Below, in pieces: positions 35,648 through 44,408 of a stretch of 64,000 nt of DNA. Both the position numbers and the translations under genes were made by a program. The DNA comes from a virus (taxonomy: Duplodnaviria > Caudoviricetes). How positions within the stretch are numbered: position 1 is the first letter of the stretch; each line of letters starts with the position of its first letter. Location: positions 1 to 64,000 of the IMG/VR virus record IMGVR_UViG_2654587921_000002; one strand, 5' to 3'. The notes under the pieces were generated by a model. That model was given only the letters and a program-made list of their open reading frames with translations. It did no database searches and was not told the origin of the DNA.

Positions 35648-35741
35648 AACGAACCTGGAGGGTGCGGCTAAATATAAAAAATAACCCCTTTATGGAATAA
35701 CAACAGCTACTCCCAAAGTGGTTATTTTAAAAATATTGACA

Positions 35742-35951
35742 TTATACACAACTTGCTGTTGGTTGATAATTTCCTTCCTCACTTTCTCTAAAACTAATCA
35801 CATTATCATCATGATTTAAACGCGAAATTAAGTCTGGCCTAATTTCAATACCTACAGTATTGATGAATTTAGAAACGTAAATGATGTCGCAATACTCTTC
35901 TAATCTGCTAACCAATTTCCTGTCCTTCAACTTTACAATTAACCTTTTCAT
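35742..35951 (-). CDS. Free-standing propeptide/inhibitor-I9-like protein, paralogous to the neighbouring protease N-terminus
   Basis: LIVKLKD..IIYVSKFINTVGIE..VISFRESEEGNYQ aligns with protease YIVSLHD..ITYESKYVPVIGIK..IREIRVPYEGVFE. Confidence 0.7.
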   Translation of the reverse strand: MKRLIVKLKDRKLVSRLEEYCDIIYVSKFINTVGIEIRPDLISRLNHDDNVISFRESEEGNYQPTASCV

Positions 35952-36951
35952 CTTTCACCACCCCAACAAGTTTATCTATATTTAAGGCGCCATTGCCTTG
36001 GTAATATCGAGGATACCCTGTGTCGTCTGCTGTACTATATATATATTGCACTGTATCATTAATATGCCTGTCAGACGTCCGAATTGCTCCAATCACTCCA
36101 GCAACTATTGGAGCAGCCAATGATGTTCCAGTAATCAGGCTGCCATTAGCAACGCAATATCCCGGTGCCACAATATCGGGCTTAGAGCCATTAACGCTAT
36201 CTATACAAGAAAACTCAGCCACTCTCTTGAATTGGTCAATTGCTCCAACAGTAATGCTTTTTGTGGCAATACCAGGACATTGAATATTATATGTAACAGA
36301 ATTTCTATTGCCTGCGGCAACTACGATTGCTATTCCAAAGTCACTAGCCACATTAATTAATTGACATAAATCACATTCGCTTTTACATCGAGGATCACGA
36401 TATATAGATGAAGATATATTAACTACATTAACTTCATTTTCTATAGCCCATTCAATACCCTTCATCATATTAATTTCGTCAGGACGATCTTTCCCAATCT
36501 TAACTGAATATAACAATGACCCTTTTGCAAAGTTCTTAATGATTTTTGCGACAACTGTTCCGTGTCCTTTAGTATCAATTATACCTGTACCAGTTAAATC
36601 GATGTGATCAGCAATACTTTTATTTATATCGTTTGCTCCAGAATCTAAAAATGCTATTTTAGACCCCCATCCAATTAGATTGTTGTTCGTTAACAGTTTT
36701 TCAGATATCGTAGGTTGGAAGGTTATTGAAGATGTTGTTAAGTTTTCAAATACTCCTTCATAAGGTACCCTAATCTCTCGGATAAAATCATAATTATCGC
36801 CATCCCAAGGGGTATCCGTTTTTATTCCAATAACTGGCACATACTTCGATTCATATGTTATTAAAGCACCGATTTTATCAAGAGCCTTGCGGCAAGATTT
36901 TGTTAACCTGTCATGCAAGCTAACTATGTAATCCAATGTCAGGACCTCCAT
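35908..36951 (-). CDS. Subtilisin-like S8 serine protease without signal peptide
   Basis: Triad IAFLDSG / GHGTVVA / GTSLAAP, oxyanion AAGN, KPDIVAPG; likely start is TTG 36936 after GGAGG. Confidence 0.93.
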   Translation of the reverse strand: MEVLTLDYIVSLHDRLTKSCRKALDKIGALITYESKYVPVIGIKTDTPWDGDNYDFIREIRVPYEGVFENLTTSSITFQPTISEKLLTNNNLIGWGSKIAFLDSGANDINKSIADHIDLTGTGIIDTKGHGTVVAKIIKNFAKGSLLYSVKIGKDRPDEINMMKGIEWAIENEVNVVNISSSIYRDPRCKSECDLCQLINVASDFGIAIVVAAGNRNSVTYNIQCPGIATKSITVGAIDQFKRVAEFSCIDSVNGSKPDIVAPGYCVANGSLITGTSLAAPIVAGVIGAIRTSDRHINDTVQYIYSTADDTGYPRYYQGNGALNIDKLVGVVKDEKVNCKVEGQEIG

Positions 36952-37265
36952 AATGGACAGCCTTTACATATTTATAAGGCGATCAATAGCATGTCCAGCC
37001 GTTTTTGACTTGTCAAAATGTTTTTGCCAAGTCAAATTCTACACTGGCACTGGAAATTCCTGCATGTTTTTAAATATAATTAACATTTTCTTGTCTATTT
37101 ATACTTTATATCGTTAAAAATCTCAGAAAAATAATAATAAAGATAATTGCTGCTACTTATTTCCAAAACAAAAAAAGCCGCCCAGGTCTCCCCGGACGGC
37201 AATAAAATGTCCCACCCTGGTCCGCATAGCTTAGAGGCGTGGTGGGCTCTGTTGGTTATATTATA

Positions 37266-37694
37266 TCATTTCCGCAAAGCAAAATACAGCGCGGCCCCGG
37301 CAAATAAATTCCGCTGCCAAGTGAGCCTATTCCGTTCCGACTTGACCTCTTGCTCGTATGCCTGCAAGGATTCGTTGGCCTTCTGCAATAAGCCCTGCGC
37401 TGTCAATAAGTTTTCCTTGGCTACTGTCGATTCGGCTTTCAGCACCAGCAATTGATTCTGCAACGCCGCCAAGTCCGCCTGATATTCTTCCAGCTTCAGC
37501 CGCGCTTGCGTCAAGTCCGTTTTCGATTGCTCCAAGTCGCTCAGCAGCCGCCCGTTGTTCTCGCTGAGCTGCTGAAATATCTGCTCCAACCTGGTCAACT
37601 CCTGATCTGTCATGCTGTACTGAGCCGAACAGGTACCAGGCAGCGAGGCCAGCAAGCAGGCAACCAGTACCGATAGCAATAGTCTTTTTATCAC
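37266..37694 (-). CDS. Spanin-like protein (signal/lipobox, coiled coil, C-terminal hydrophobic tail)
   Basis: MIKRLLLSVLVA-C possible lipobox; long heptad repeat; NLFAGAALYFALRK; overlaps the next gene in another frame. Confidence 0.55.
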   Translation of the reverse strand: MIKRLLLSVLVACLLASLPGTCSAQYSMTDQELTRLEQIFQQLSENNGRLLSDLEQSKTDLTQARLKLEEYQADLAALQNQLLVLKAESTVAKENLLTAQGLLQKANESLQAYEQEVKSERNRLTWQRNLFAGAALYFALRK

Positions 37695-37731
37695 TGAGAA
37701 TCATCTCCTTTATCTTGGTTAAACTAAACAT
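37327..37731 (-). CDS. i-spanin (Rz)-like protein
   Basis: N-terminal TM IAIGTGCLLAGLAAWYLFG plus Ala-rich coiled coil, directly after the endolysin. Confidence 0.6.
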   Translation of the reverse strand: MFSLTKIKEMILSDKKTIAIGTGCLLAGLAAWYLFGSVQHDRSGVDQVGADISAAQREQRAAAERLGAIENGLDASAAEAGRISGGLGGVAESIAGAESRIDSSQGKLIDSAGLIAEGQRILAGIRARGQVGTE

Positions 37732-37777
37732 GTATCCCACTCCTCTCCCAATAAGCGCCGCCTCCACGGCGCTATTT

Positions 37778-38356
37778 TTATTGACTAAGATAATCAGTTA
37801 CGCCACGGGCTATGGCTCTTGCCATCCTATCCCGCCAGGTCGGATTTGCCAGCAGTGCGGCTTCTTCCGGATTGCTGATAAAAGCCATTTCGACAAGCAC
37901 TGCCGGCGCATTAGTGTACCTAAGCACATAAAAATTTTCCTCTTTATCAACGTCACCGTCAGACCAGTCGGCACGAATTGGCAAGTCCGGAAATGTGACT
38001 GCCACCTGATTAGTAATGCAAGTTGCAAGCCGATCAGCGCCAGTGTTGCCTTTAGTTGTGTAGATTTCAAAACCTTTGGCCGCCGGATTAGTCGCAGAAT
38101 TACAATGCAAACTGACAAATAAATCGGCTCCCCAGGCATTTGCAACATCACAGCGGAATTGCAGGCTATCGGTTTCCGGCTGTTCCCTCTCGGTTCTGGT
38201 CATTCGGACCAGGCACCCTGCCGCATCTAAATAGTGCGTTACTAATTTGGATACCGCTAAATTTACATCCGCTTCCTGCAAACCGGTTATGGGGTTGCAT
38301 GCCCCTGGGTCAGTTCTCCCGCCGGCGTGGCCGGGGTCAATTACGCTTTTAGCCAT
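37778..38356 (-). CDS. Endolysin, N-acetylmuramoyl-L-alanine amidase (Amidase_3)
   Basis: IDPGHAG, EADVNL, FVSLHCNS, PAVLVEMAFISNPEE. Confidence 0.93.
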   Translation of the reverse strand: MAKSVIDPGHAGGRTDPGACNPITGLQEADVNLAVSKLVTHYLDAAGCLVRMTRTEREQPETDSLQFRCDVANAWGADLFVSLHCNSATNPAAKGFEIYTTKGNTGADRLATCITNQVAVTFPDLPIRADWSDGDVDKEENFYVLRYTNAPAVLVEMAFISNPEEAALLANPTWRDRMARAIARGVTDYLSQ

Positions 38357-38802
38357 TACAGTTTTACCCCCTTTTCCTCTCTAATCTGGATCAGTTTATT
38401 CCGCAAAAAAACGGGTATGTAGTGACCATATCCCAGCCGGTCTATGTTTTCCAACAGACTTGTTACCTCAACTATCGCAAAACCGAACAACGCCATGGAG
38501 CGCAGTGTATTTGTCCCCATAGCCACGTCTGCCCAATATGCTACAGCAACAGCGGCAAACATGGCTATCTTTTTTTGCATACCCTTATAGCCCTTACGCG
38601 AGCTAATTTCGTCCCGCCTGCTGGCCGCCGCCCATCCGGTTATATAGTCGGCTAGGGCAAAACCAAGCAATGCCCATACTTGATTATCAACGCCGCCGAT
38701 AGCAAAGGAAAAGCAGGCTCCTAAAACAGAGCCCGCCGCTAGGATTTTTATCTCGCTGATCGTGTAAAAGGTTTTGAGCCAAATAAATACATCGTTAATC
38801 AA
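38356..38802 (-). CDS. Holin (phage holin 4 family)
   Basis: ADYITGWAAA..ISSRKGYKGMQKKI..EVTSLLENIDRLG; start TTG 38802. Confidence 0.88.
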   Translation of the reverse strand: MINDVFIWLKTFYTISEIKILAAGSVLGACFSFAIGGVDNQVWALLGFALADYITGWAAASRRDEISSRKGYKGMQKKIAMFAAVAVAYWADVAMGTNTLRSMALFGFAIVEVTSLLENIDRLGYGHYIPVFLRNKLIQIREEKGVKL

Positions 38803-38839
38803 ATTCCCCACCCCCAACAAAAATAGAGCCTTTCGGCTC

Positions 38840-38962
38840 TTACTCTGCAATCAGTCTCTCTGCCACCGCTTCCCTGTACTCTTCCGGCACATCTGTTTCA
38901 AGTGCCATTCGTCCAGCCTTGACTAAATAGGTGTAGGCCGTGATTTTCCAAGAAATCAACAT
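38840..38962 (-). CDS. 40-aa XkdX/CD1375-like protein (not in ORF track)
   Basis: MLISWKITAYTYLVKAGRMALETDVPEEYREAVAERLIAE, at the usual position after the fibre chaperone. Confidence 0.65.
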   Translation of the reverse strand: MLISWKITAYTYLVKAGRMALETDVPEEYREAVAERLIAE

Positions 38963-38963
38963 A

Positions 38964-39221
38964 TTACTTTCCCTCCAATACTTCAATTTTTGCAGACAAT
39001 GCAAGGATTGCTTCCCACATGTCTGCCGTGTCCTGGTCTACAGGCGGAGTTACTGGTGCACCAGCTTCTGCCTGCATCTCTGTCCAAGCCGCTTCTATTT
39101 CCGCTAGTGTTGGCAGAGTCTGCTTTGTATCTTCCCAGGTATTTTTTAAATTCTCGTATGTGTCTGACATGCGCCAAGCAGCACCAGGACGTATTCTATC
39201 CAGAACTAATGCAATATCCAT
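38964..39221 (-). CDS. XkdW-like tail-fibre-associated protein
   Basis: MDIALVLDRIRPGAAW..W.D..QTLPTLAEIEAAW. Confidence 0.6.
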   Translation of the reverse strand: MDIALVLDRIRPGAAWRMSDTYENLKNTWEDTKQTLPTLAEIEAAWTEMQAEAGAPVTPPVDQDTADMWEAILALSAKIEVLEGK

Positions 39222-39233
39222 TTAATTCACCCC

Positions 39234-41024
39234 TTACCCTATTTTTAGTAATTCTAGCATAGCGTAGGTTTCAACCTCGCCGCTAGACATTGCGCTGCCA
39301 AAACCATACGTGGCGAATGTCGATTGACTATAATGCTGTAGTTCTAAAACCGTAGTAACAGCTACTGTAAACACGTCGCCCAATATTGAATTAGTCTGAA
39401 CCCAGTCCCCTGTGTCTGGGGCGGCTGCTTGTTCCGTACTCCCTACAGATAAAGTCGTCGCCGCTGTAATGTTCCGTAATCGTATTTTATGCCCATCAAC
39501 ATTATTCCCAGGCGCTGAAGCTTTTACGGCGTATGTGCCTGCAGGGATAGTTAACTGGTTACCTGACAACGACACCCCGCTTATGTTCCCGTAAGTTTTT
39601 AACTGATTCAATTCCCGTGTTCTCCAGGCTCCAGATGTAAATGTACCGCCGCTTGTCCCACTTGCTTTTTGATCGCAGGCTTTAACATAACCAAGAGTTG
39701 TTTGCTTACCCGCTACCTCGTTAGCAAGCGCTGTTATATCAATTAAACCCTGATTTGTTTCCGCATCAAAGGCTTTAACACAATACAGCATTTTTATGGT
39801 TCTCGGTCGAACACTACTGAAATACCCAGTAAACGCGCTAGAAGCCTGCGTCGTCGGTACCTGATATTGTGTTAGGGTCTGCGCTATTTTTCCGTCGTTA
39901 TTAGGTAACTCACCAATTGCGAGCCGCGTAGGGTTAGAGAGATTTCCTACCCAATCCGGTACTTGTGTAGGTTCTTGCCATGTACCTGCTTCTGCCGCCA
40001 AGCCGCCGCGTCCGTAGTCTAGTAATCGTGGAAGTCTAAAAGTGGTACTTCCATCCCCGCTACTATACGCGCCTACAGACGACTGCACCGCCGCCTGTGC
40101 CTGCCATTCAGCCTCGGTAATTAGCGGCGCGTTTTCCTGTACCCATGCCCATAATTGCGGGTATGTGGCGCGGCTGATCATTGCGCCGGTGTCCAGGGCA
40201 AGCCAGCCTGGTGGCGGAGTGTTGGACAGACAGGCTTTGATACTGCCAATGGATTCGCCGCTGCCACTCTTAATGTCCCTTACCCGCCACCTGACTGTGC
40301 CGTCTGTTACTTCCTCTCCCACGGCAGGCCATACAGGCTCTGTCGCTGCTGTTGTACCGTCTTGGATGCACTCTAGGTAGGCGTAACTGGGGAGGGTAGG
40401 CGAATATTTTACATCACCGACAACATAGCTTGTGCTGTTCTTTCGTAGATGCAATAAGTCGGCGTGTGCTGATGTGCTGGTATTATGCTTGGTAATTGCA
40501 GGCTCGTGGGCGTCAGGGTCGTTATCGTGGACGTTTACGGCATTCTGCATGACCGCCACCGTTACCAGCCCGTCCATAGCAATGCTAGCTGTTATATTCG
40601 CGGTATTCGAAAACGCCAGGTTTATTACAAGTTCCTCCGACACCGCCACCGGCCCGCCTTCTGGTGGCAAAAAATCCGGACTGCCATCTGCCGTATAGGC
40701 GTACAATATTTCTCCCACATCCGGGTCCTGTGCAAAAACACCCAACTCCCGAACATAAAACCCATCTTCGATTCCTGCGTTGGTCGCTATCCCATGGATT
40801 TTGCAGGTACCATTTGCCAGAGGTGTCAGTGCCGATATATCAATAATTTTTATCGGATGTACTAAATCGCTGAGCGCTGCAACTGTCTGGCCAGTACCCA
40901 ATACACCGTCACCAATTTTTAATTTTGTGATATTCATGACAGTGCCGGCTTCCACCTTGGCCTGTAGCGCCAGGCCTTTGGCTGTCAATACTGTTCCGCT
41001 CCAATTAGGCATGCTGTATTTCAA
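39234..41024 (-). CDS. Tail fibre protein
   Basis: P2 gpH-like N-terminus (LTAKGLALQAK..VRELGVFAQDPD..LYAY); collar domain (IGSIKA..PPGWLALD..GDGSTTFRLP). Confidence 0.88.
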   Translation of the reverse strand: MKYSMPNWSGTVLTAKGLALQAKVEAGTVMNITKLKIGDGVLGTGQTVAALSDLVHPIKIIDISALTPLANGTCKIHGIATNAGIEDGFYVRELGVFAQDPDVGEILYAYTADGSPDFLPPEGGPVAVSEELVINLAFSNTANITASIAMDGLVTVAVMQNAVNVHDNDPDAHEPAITKHNTSTSAHADLLHLRKNSTSYVVGDVKYSPTLPSYAYLECIQDGTTAATEPVWPAVGEEVTDGTVRWRVRDIKSGSGESIGSIKACLSNTPPPGWLALDTGAMISRATYPQLWAWVQENAPLITEAEWQAQAAVQSSVGAYSSGDGSTTFRLPRLLDYGRGGLAAEAGTWQEPTQVPDWVGNLSNPTRLAIGELPNNDGKIAQTLTQYQVPTTQASSAFTGYFSSVRPRTIKMLYCVKAFDAETNQGLIDITALANEVAGKQTTLGYVKACDQKASGTSGGTFTSGAWRTRELNQLKTYGNISGVSLSGNQLTIPAGTYAVKASAPGNNVDGHKIRLRNITAATTLSVGSTEQAAAPDTGDWVQTNSILGDVFTVAVTTVLELQHYSQSTFATYGFGSAMSSGEVETYAMLELLKIG

Positions 41025-41667
41025 CTCCTTTGAACTGATATGTTACCCCGCCGGCATACGCCCTGCCAGCGATACTCGCTCCCCGGAACGTAGCTGGCAT
41101 AATCTCAACCCTGCGGCAGCTGCCAACAGCACCACCAGCATAAACCGTGCCCGACGTTTCTCTGTACAGCGCCACGCCTTCAAGCCAGCTCCGCGTATTC
41201 TTCACAGTATCAATGGCTTTTTTCAGCCTGGCATATATGGCAGCATCCGGCATCTGTCCGTCAATTTTTATAACCCTAAAAAAATACGGCTCTCCGCCGT
41301 ATTCAAACCATTCCTGGACAATGCCCTCATTCAGGATGGCTTTAACTACTTGCTCTACTGCCCAGGGCGTCCCTTTTCGGCGATGTTGCGCGATCGACGT
41401 TTTTACTAACGTCCGTTTCTGCGCTAAGCTAATTCCTGGTTCGTAAAAATCCACATGCCATTGCCAGGCAAGCAGGTCAATCACGTCCTCGGCCAGTTCG
41501 TCAATGCGAGATATTAGCAGCACCGTTGGAATGGCTGCCGTAACCGCCTGTAATTCACCCTCCAGGGCCGCGGCTGCCGCCTGCACTTCGGGATCATCCT
41601 TAATGCTCGGAGGTACCAGGTCAATTAACCTAATCGCGGACATATCAACCATCGGTAAGCCCTCCAT
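41005..41667 (-). CDS. Phage tail protein I (P2 gpI-like)
   Basis: IDLLAWQWHVD..HRRKGTPWAVE..VQEWFEYGGEPYFF..KNTRSWL. Confidence 0.88.
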   Translation of the reverse strand: MEGLPMVDMSAIRLIDLVPPSIKDDPEVQAAAAALEGELQAVTAAIPTVLLISRIDELAEDVIDLLAWQWHVDFYEPGISLAQKRTLVKTSIAQHRRKGTPWAVEQVVKAILNEGIVQEWFEYGGEPYFFRVIKIDGQMPDAAIYARLKKAIDTVKNTRSWLEGVALYRETSGTVYAGGAVGSCRRVEIMPATFRGASIAGRAYAGGVTYQFKGVEIQHA

Positions 41668-42760
41668 AGGTCACAGTGATATTATCAGCTATGGCGACCT
41701 GATATTTTTCCAGAGCCGTAAAAACTGGTGATGTTACTTCCACTCGCCCAGCGCCTGCTGCTCTTGCCCGCCAAATCAATTCAGACGGGTTTTCATCCCG
41801 GCCCAGCCTGGATTTCTGCCACGCCACGTAATCTGCAACAGCCTGATTTACCGTCACTTGGATATCGGTACTGATTGTTGTGTCATCCTTGTTAATATAG
41901 TAGACCATGTTAATATCAAACCCCACTACTTCTGGAGCCAGCGCTTCCACCTGATCCGTAAGCGGCCGAACTGCCTTATTGGTTACCGCAGAATAAACCA
42001 AATCCAATATTTCTGCTCCTGGTACTTCTCCACCAGCTAGCAGTGGCCGTAATTCAACTTTTCCTGGTTCTGGACTGCGCACCGACACGTCAACAATGGT
42101 TTGCGATGCCGACATAGCCCAGAAACGGTATGCTCCATCCGGTCCGGCAGTGCTAAAGGATTCCGGCGCCAGGCGGATCCGTTCGCGGTAGGCGTCGTCA
42201 GTTTCTTCATCGGCGCCGCCTTCGCTCTCCGTGGTATTCGCGATAGACTGCACCCATGGAAGCGGGTCGACCAATTGGTTAACCTGTCCAGGGACATAAC
42301 CATTGCCGGCGTCTCCCGCAGTCAGGCAGGCAGCCGCCGTATCGCCATATAAAGCACCGATCGGGATAGTAACCGGACTTGAAACCTGAAATACTATGCC
42401 GTTCGCCGTCGTACCTCTGATGCCAGCCGGGATAGTCACTGCTTGTGGCTGAGCAGCTGACAAATTAAACCGGATAGTTGTTTCCGCCGGCGATGCCGCT
42501 AGGCGGGTAACGCCGACCAGGACGCCGAGATGGTCCAAGTTGTCGCCCACGGCATAGGCCAGTAGATTTTGTTTAGCAGAGTAATCTATTAACACCCGCT
42601 GTTGAATTATAATAGCGGCAACAGATTGCAAAAATAGCCGGACCGGATCACCCTGGGCGAGTGTCCGGCCGGCTATGGCTTCATACATGGTTATCACTGA
42701 AGCTTCTATGTGCGCGGCGTCAGTGTCAGTAAAACTGATAGATGGTAGATTTGCCAGCAC
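41645..42760 (-). CDS. Baseplate J-like protein
   Basis: LLAYAVGDNLDHLG..GGADEETDDAYRERI..FSTAGPDGAY..RPLTDQV. Confidence 0.92.
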   Translation of the reverse strand: MLANLPSISFTDTDAAHIEASVITMYEAIAGRTLAQGDPVRLFLQSVAAIIIQQRVLIDYSAKQNLLAYAVGDNLDHLGVLVGVTRLAASPAETTIRFNLSAAQPQAVTIPAGIRGTTANGIVFQVSSPVTIPIGALYGDTAAACLTAGDAGNGYVPGQVNQLVDPLPWVQSIANTTESEGGADEETDDAYRERIRLAPESFSTAGPDGAYRFWAMSASQTIVDVSVRSPEPGKVELRPLLAGGEVPGAEILDLVYSAVTNKAVRPLTDQVEALAPEVVGFDINMVYYINKDDTTISTDIQVTVNQAVADYVAWQKSRLGRDENPSELIWRARAAGAGRVEVTSPVFTALEKYQVAIADNITVTYGGLTDG

Positions 42761-42762
42761 TC

Positions 42763-43596
42763 TTATCCCTCCCTTAGCTTCTGCACCACTTGTAGCACTG
42801 TACCGGCTGCCTTTGAACCATAGATAGATTTCGCCGCAGTCGGTTTGTCAGCCGACGTACTTCCCAACGTATCCAGCACACTAATTGCCGTGCCCATCGG
42901 GTCGCTTTTAGCGCTTACAGACAAATTAGCCACATCTAACCCCATACGGATATAACTGGCTGTCGCTGCCGCTGAGGCATTGCCGGTCTGCAAATCTGTA
43001 GTCGCCGCCAGAATGGATTCCATTCCGGTAATGGCCAGCGACGGATCACGCACACAACTAACTGCAATGGTTGCCATTTCAGCAATTTGACTAACAGACA
43101 GTCCCGTTTTCCTTGCCGGCTCTTGAACAGCAGCGGCAACCTTTTCGGCTTTCTCCTTCTGCACAGCCGCTGTGTCCGTTGTTTCCTTCACAGCGTTTGG
43201 ATCTGGTTCGAGATAGTATTCTTTCAGGTTAACGTCTACAGCAATATATAGAACAAATCCCTGGTTATCGACATATTTCCAGGCTTCGCTAATACTCTCA
43301 ATAACGAAATTACTCAGCGTTTCATTGCCAATAACGAGCGGATGATATTCCCCTTTTTGCACGATTTCTCGCAGTTGCTTAACTTCATTCAACGGATTCA
43401 AGCCGTGGAAGGCCGAAAAAATAACCTGGAAAGAAATTTCATCCAGGCCGGGAGAGATAAATTCTAATTTTGCTTTTTGCCCAATAATGGCATGTTCCTC
43501 AAATTTCGCTGCAGTCTTACGGCTAAACTCATCAAATGTCCGGGTTTTCTCGACAGACACTTCAAACGTGACCGGCCCAAATGTTCCTATTGCCAA
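42763..43596 (-). CDS. Phage tail protein (P2 gpU-like) with a C-terminal extension
   Basis: IGTFGPVTFEV..EHAIIGQKAKLEFISPGLDEISF..VNLKEY, plus about 145 extra Ala/Thr-rich residues. Confidence 0.75.
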   Translation of the reverse strand: MAIGTFGPVTFEVSVEKTRTFDEFSRKTAAKFEEHAIIGQKAKLEFISPGLDEISFQVIFSAFHGLNPLNEVKQLREIVQKGEYHPLVIGNETLSNFVIESISEAWKYVDNQGFVLYIAVDVNLKEYYLEPDPNAVKETTDTAAVQKEKAEKVAAAVQEPARKTGLSVSQIAEMATIAVSCVRDPSLAITGMESILAATTDLQTGNASAAATASYIRMGLDVANLSVSAKSDPMGTAISVLDTLGSTSADKPTAAKSIYGSKAAGTVLQVVQKLREG

Positions 43597-43601
43597 TCAG
43601 A

Positions 43602-43916
43602 TCACTCCTTTAACCGTAGGCGAACCGTCGGCTGTAGCCTGCCGTTGATGGGCTCACCGTTGAAGCTAACCCGTGTAACTTCTACTCGGGGCTCAAACTT
43701 CTGAACGGCTTGCACGATCTCCGCCGCCAGCTTCGCCCGTGATACCGGCATAGGCAAGTCCAGCAGTTTGGCATTGACGCCAAAAGACCGGTCTAATGGA
43801 ACGGAATACACCGGCGTTGCCAGGATGGTCCGGACGTTCTGAAATATTTCTTCGGCAGTAGTTGCCGGCGCAAAGTTAACGGCTATACTGGCAGCCGCCG
43901 TAATTTCGATTTCCAT
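43602..43916 (-). CDS. Baseplate wedge GPW/gp25
   Basis: QNVRTILATPVYSVPLDRSFG..FEPRVEV. Confidence 0.88.
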   Translation of the reverse strand: MEIEITAAASIAVNFAPATTAEEIFQNVRTILATPVYSVPLDRSFGVNAKLLDLPMPVSRAKLAAEIVQAVQKFEPRVEVTRVSFNGEPINGRLQPTVRLRLKE

Positions 43917-43928
43917 CCTTTATCCTCC

Positions 43929-44408
43929 TTATGCCGGCTGCCCGGTAGTGCCGCCGCCGGGCTCTACACCGCCGTGGACATGCGTTTTTAATGATACGCC
44001 ATCAGCAATTACGTCTCCGGTCACATTCACGTTGCCGGCCGCTACGATGTTAACCGGCCCCTGCGCGCTTATCATGAGCGTGTGAGTTCCAATGTCATAT
44101 TCCAGGACGGTGCCGTCCTTAAAACTGATATGGCGTTTCTCCATATCATCTACCGGCGGCTCATCTACATCCGAATAAAAAGACCCAAGGACAAATCCTT
44201 GGGCATTGCCACTCGGTAAAAACAGACAGACAACCTGTTCGCCGATATCTGGCATCCACCAGTCTTTATTTTCCTGACTCTGTTGTACAAGTACAGACAG
44301 GTCATAGGATACCATGTTCTGTCGATCACCAAACACCACTTTGACAGTTGCTTTGCCCCGTGACGATACCCGCCCAACTCGAACCAGATTTTTCAATACA
44401 GGATCCAT
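43929..44408 (-). CDS. Baseplate spike gpV
   Basis: WWMPDIGEQVVCL..GFVLGS..SLKTHVHGGV. Confidence 0.9.
   Translation of the reverse strand: MDPVLKNLVRVGRVSSRGKATVKVVFGDRQNMVSYDLSVLVQQSQENKDWWMPDIGEQVVCLFLPSGNAQGFVLGSFYSDVDEPPVDDMEKRHISFKDGTVLEYDIGTHTLMISAQGPVNIVAAGNVNVTGDVIADGVSLKTHVHGGVEPGGGTTGQPA

Noticed and set aside
39234-41024. DGR or shufflon target in the tail fibre
   Set aside because: No reverse transcriptase, invertase or template/variable repeat is visible in the window.
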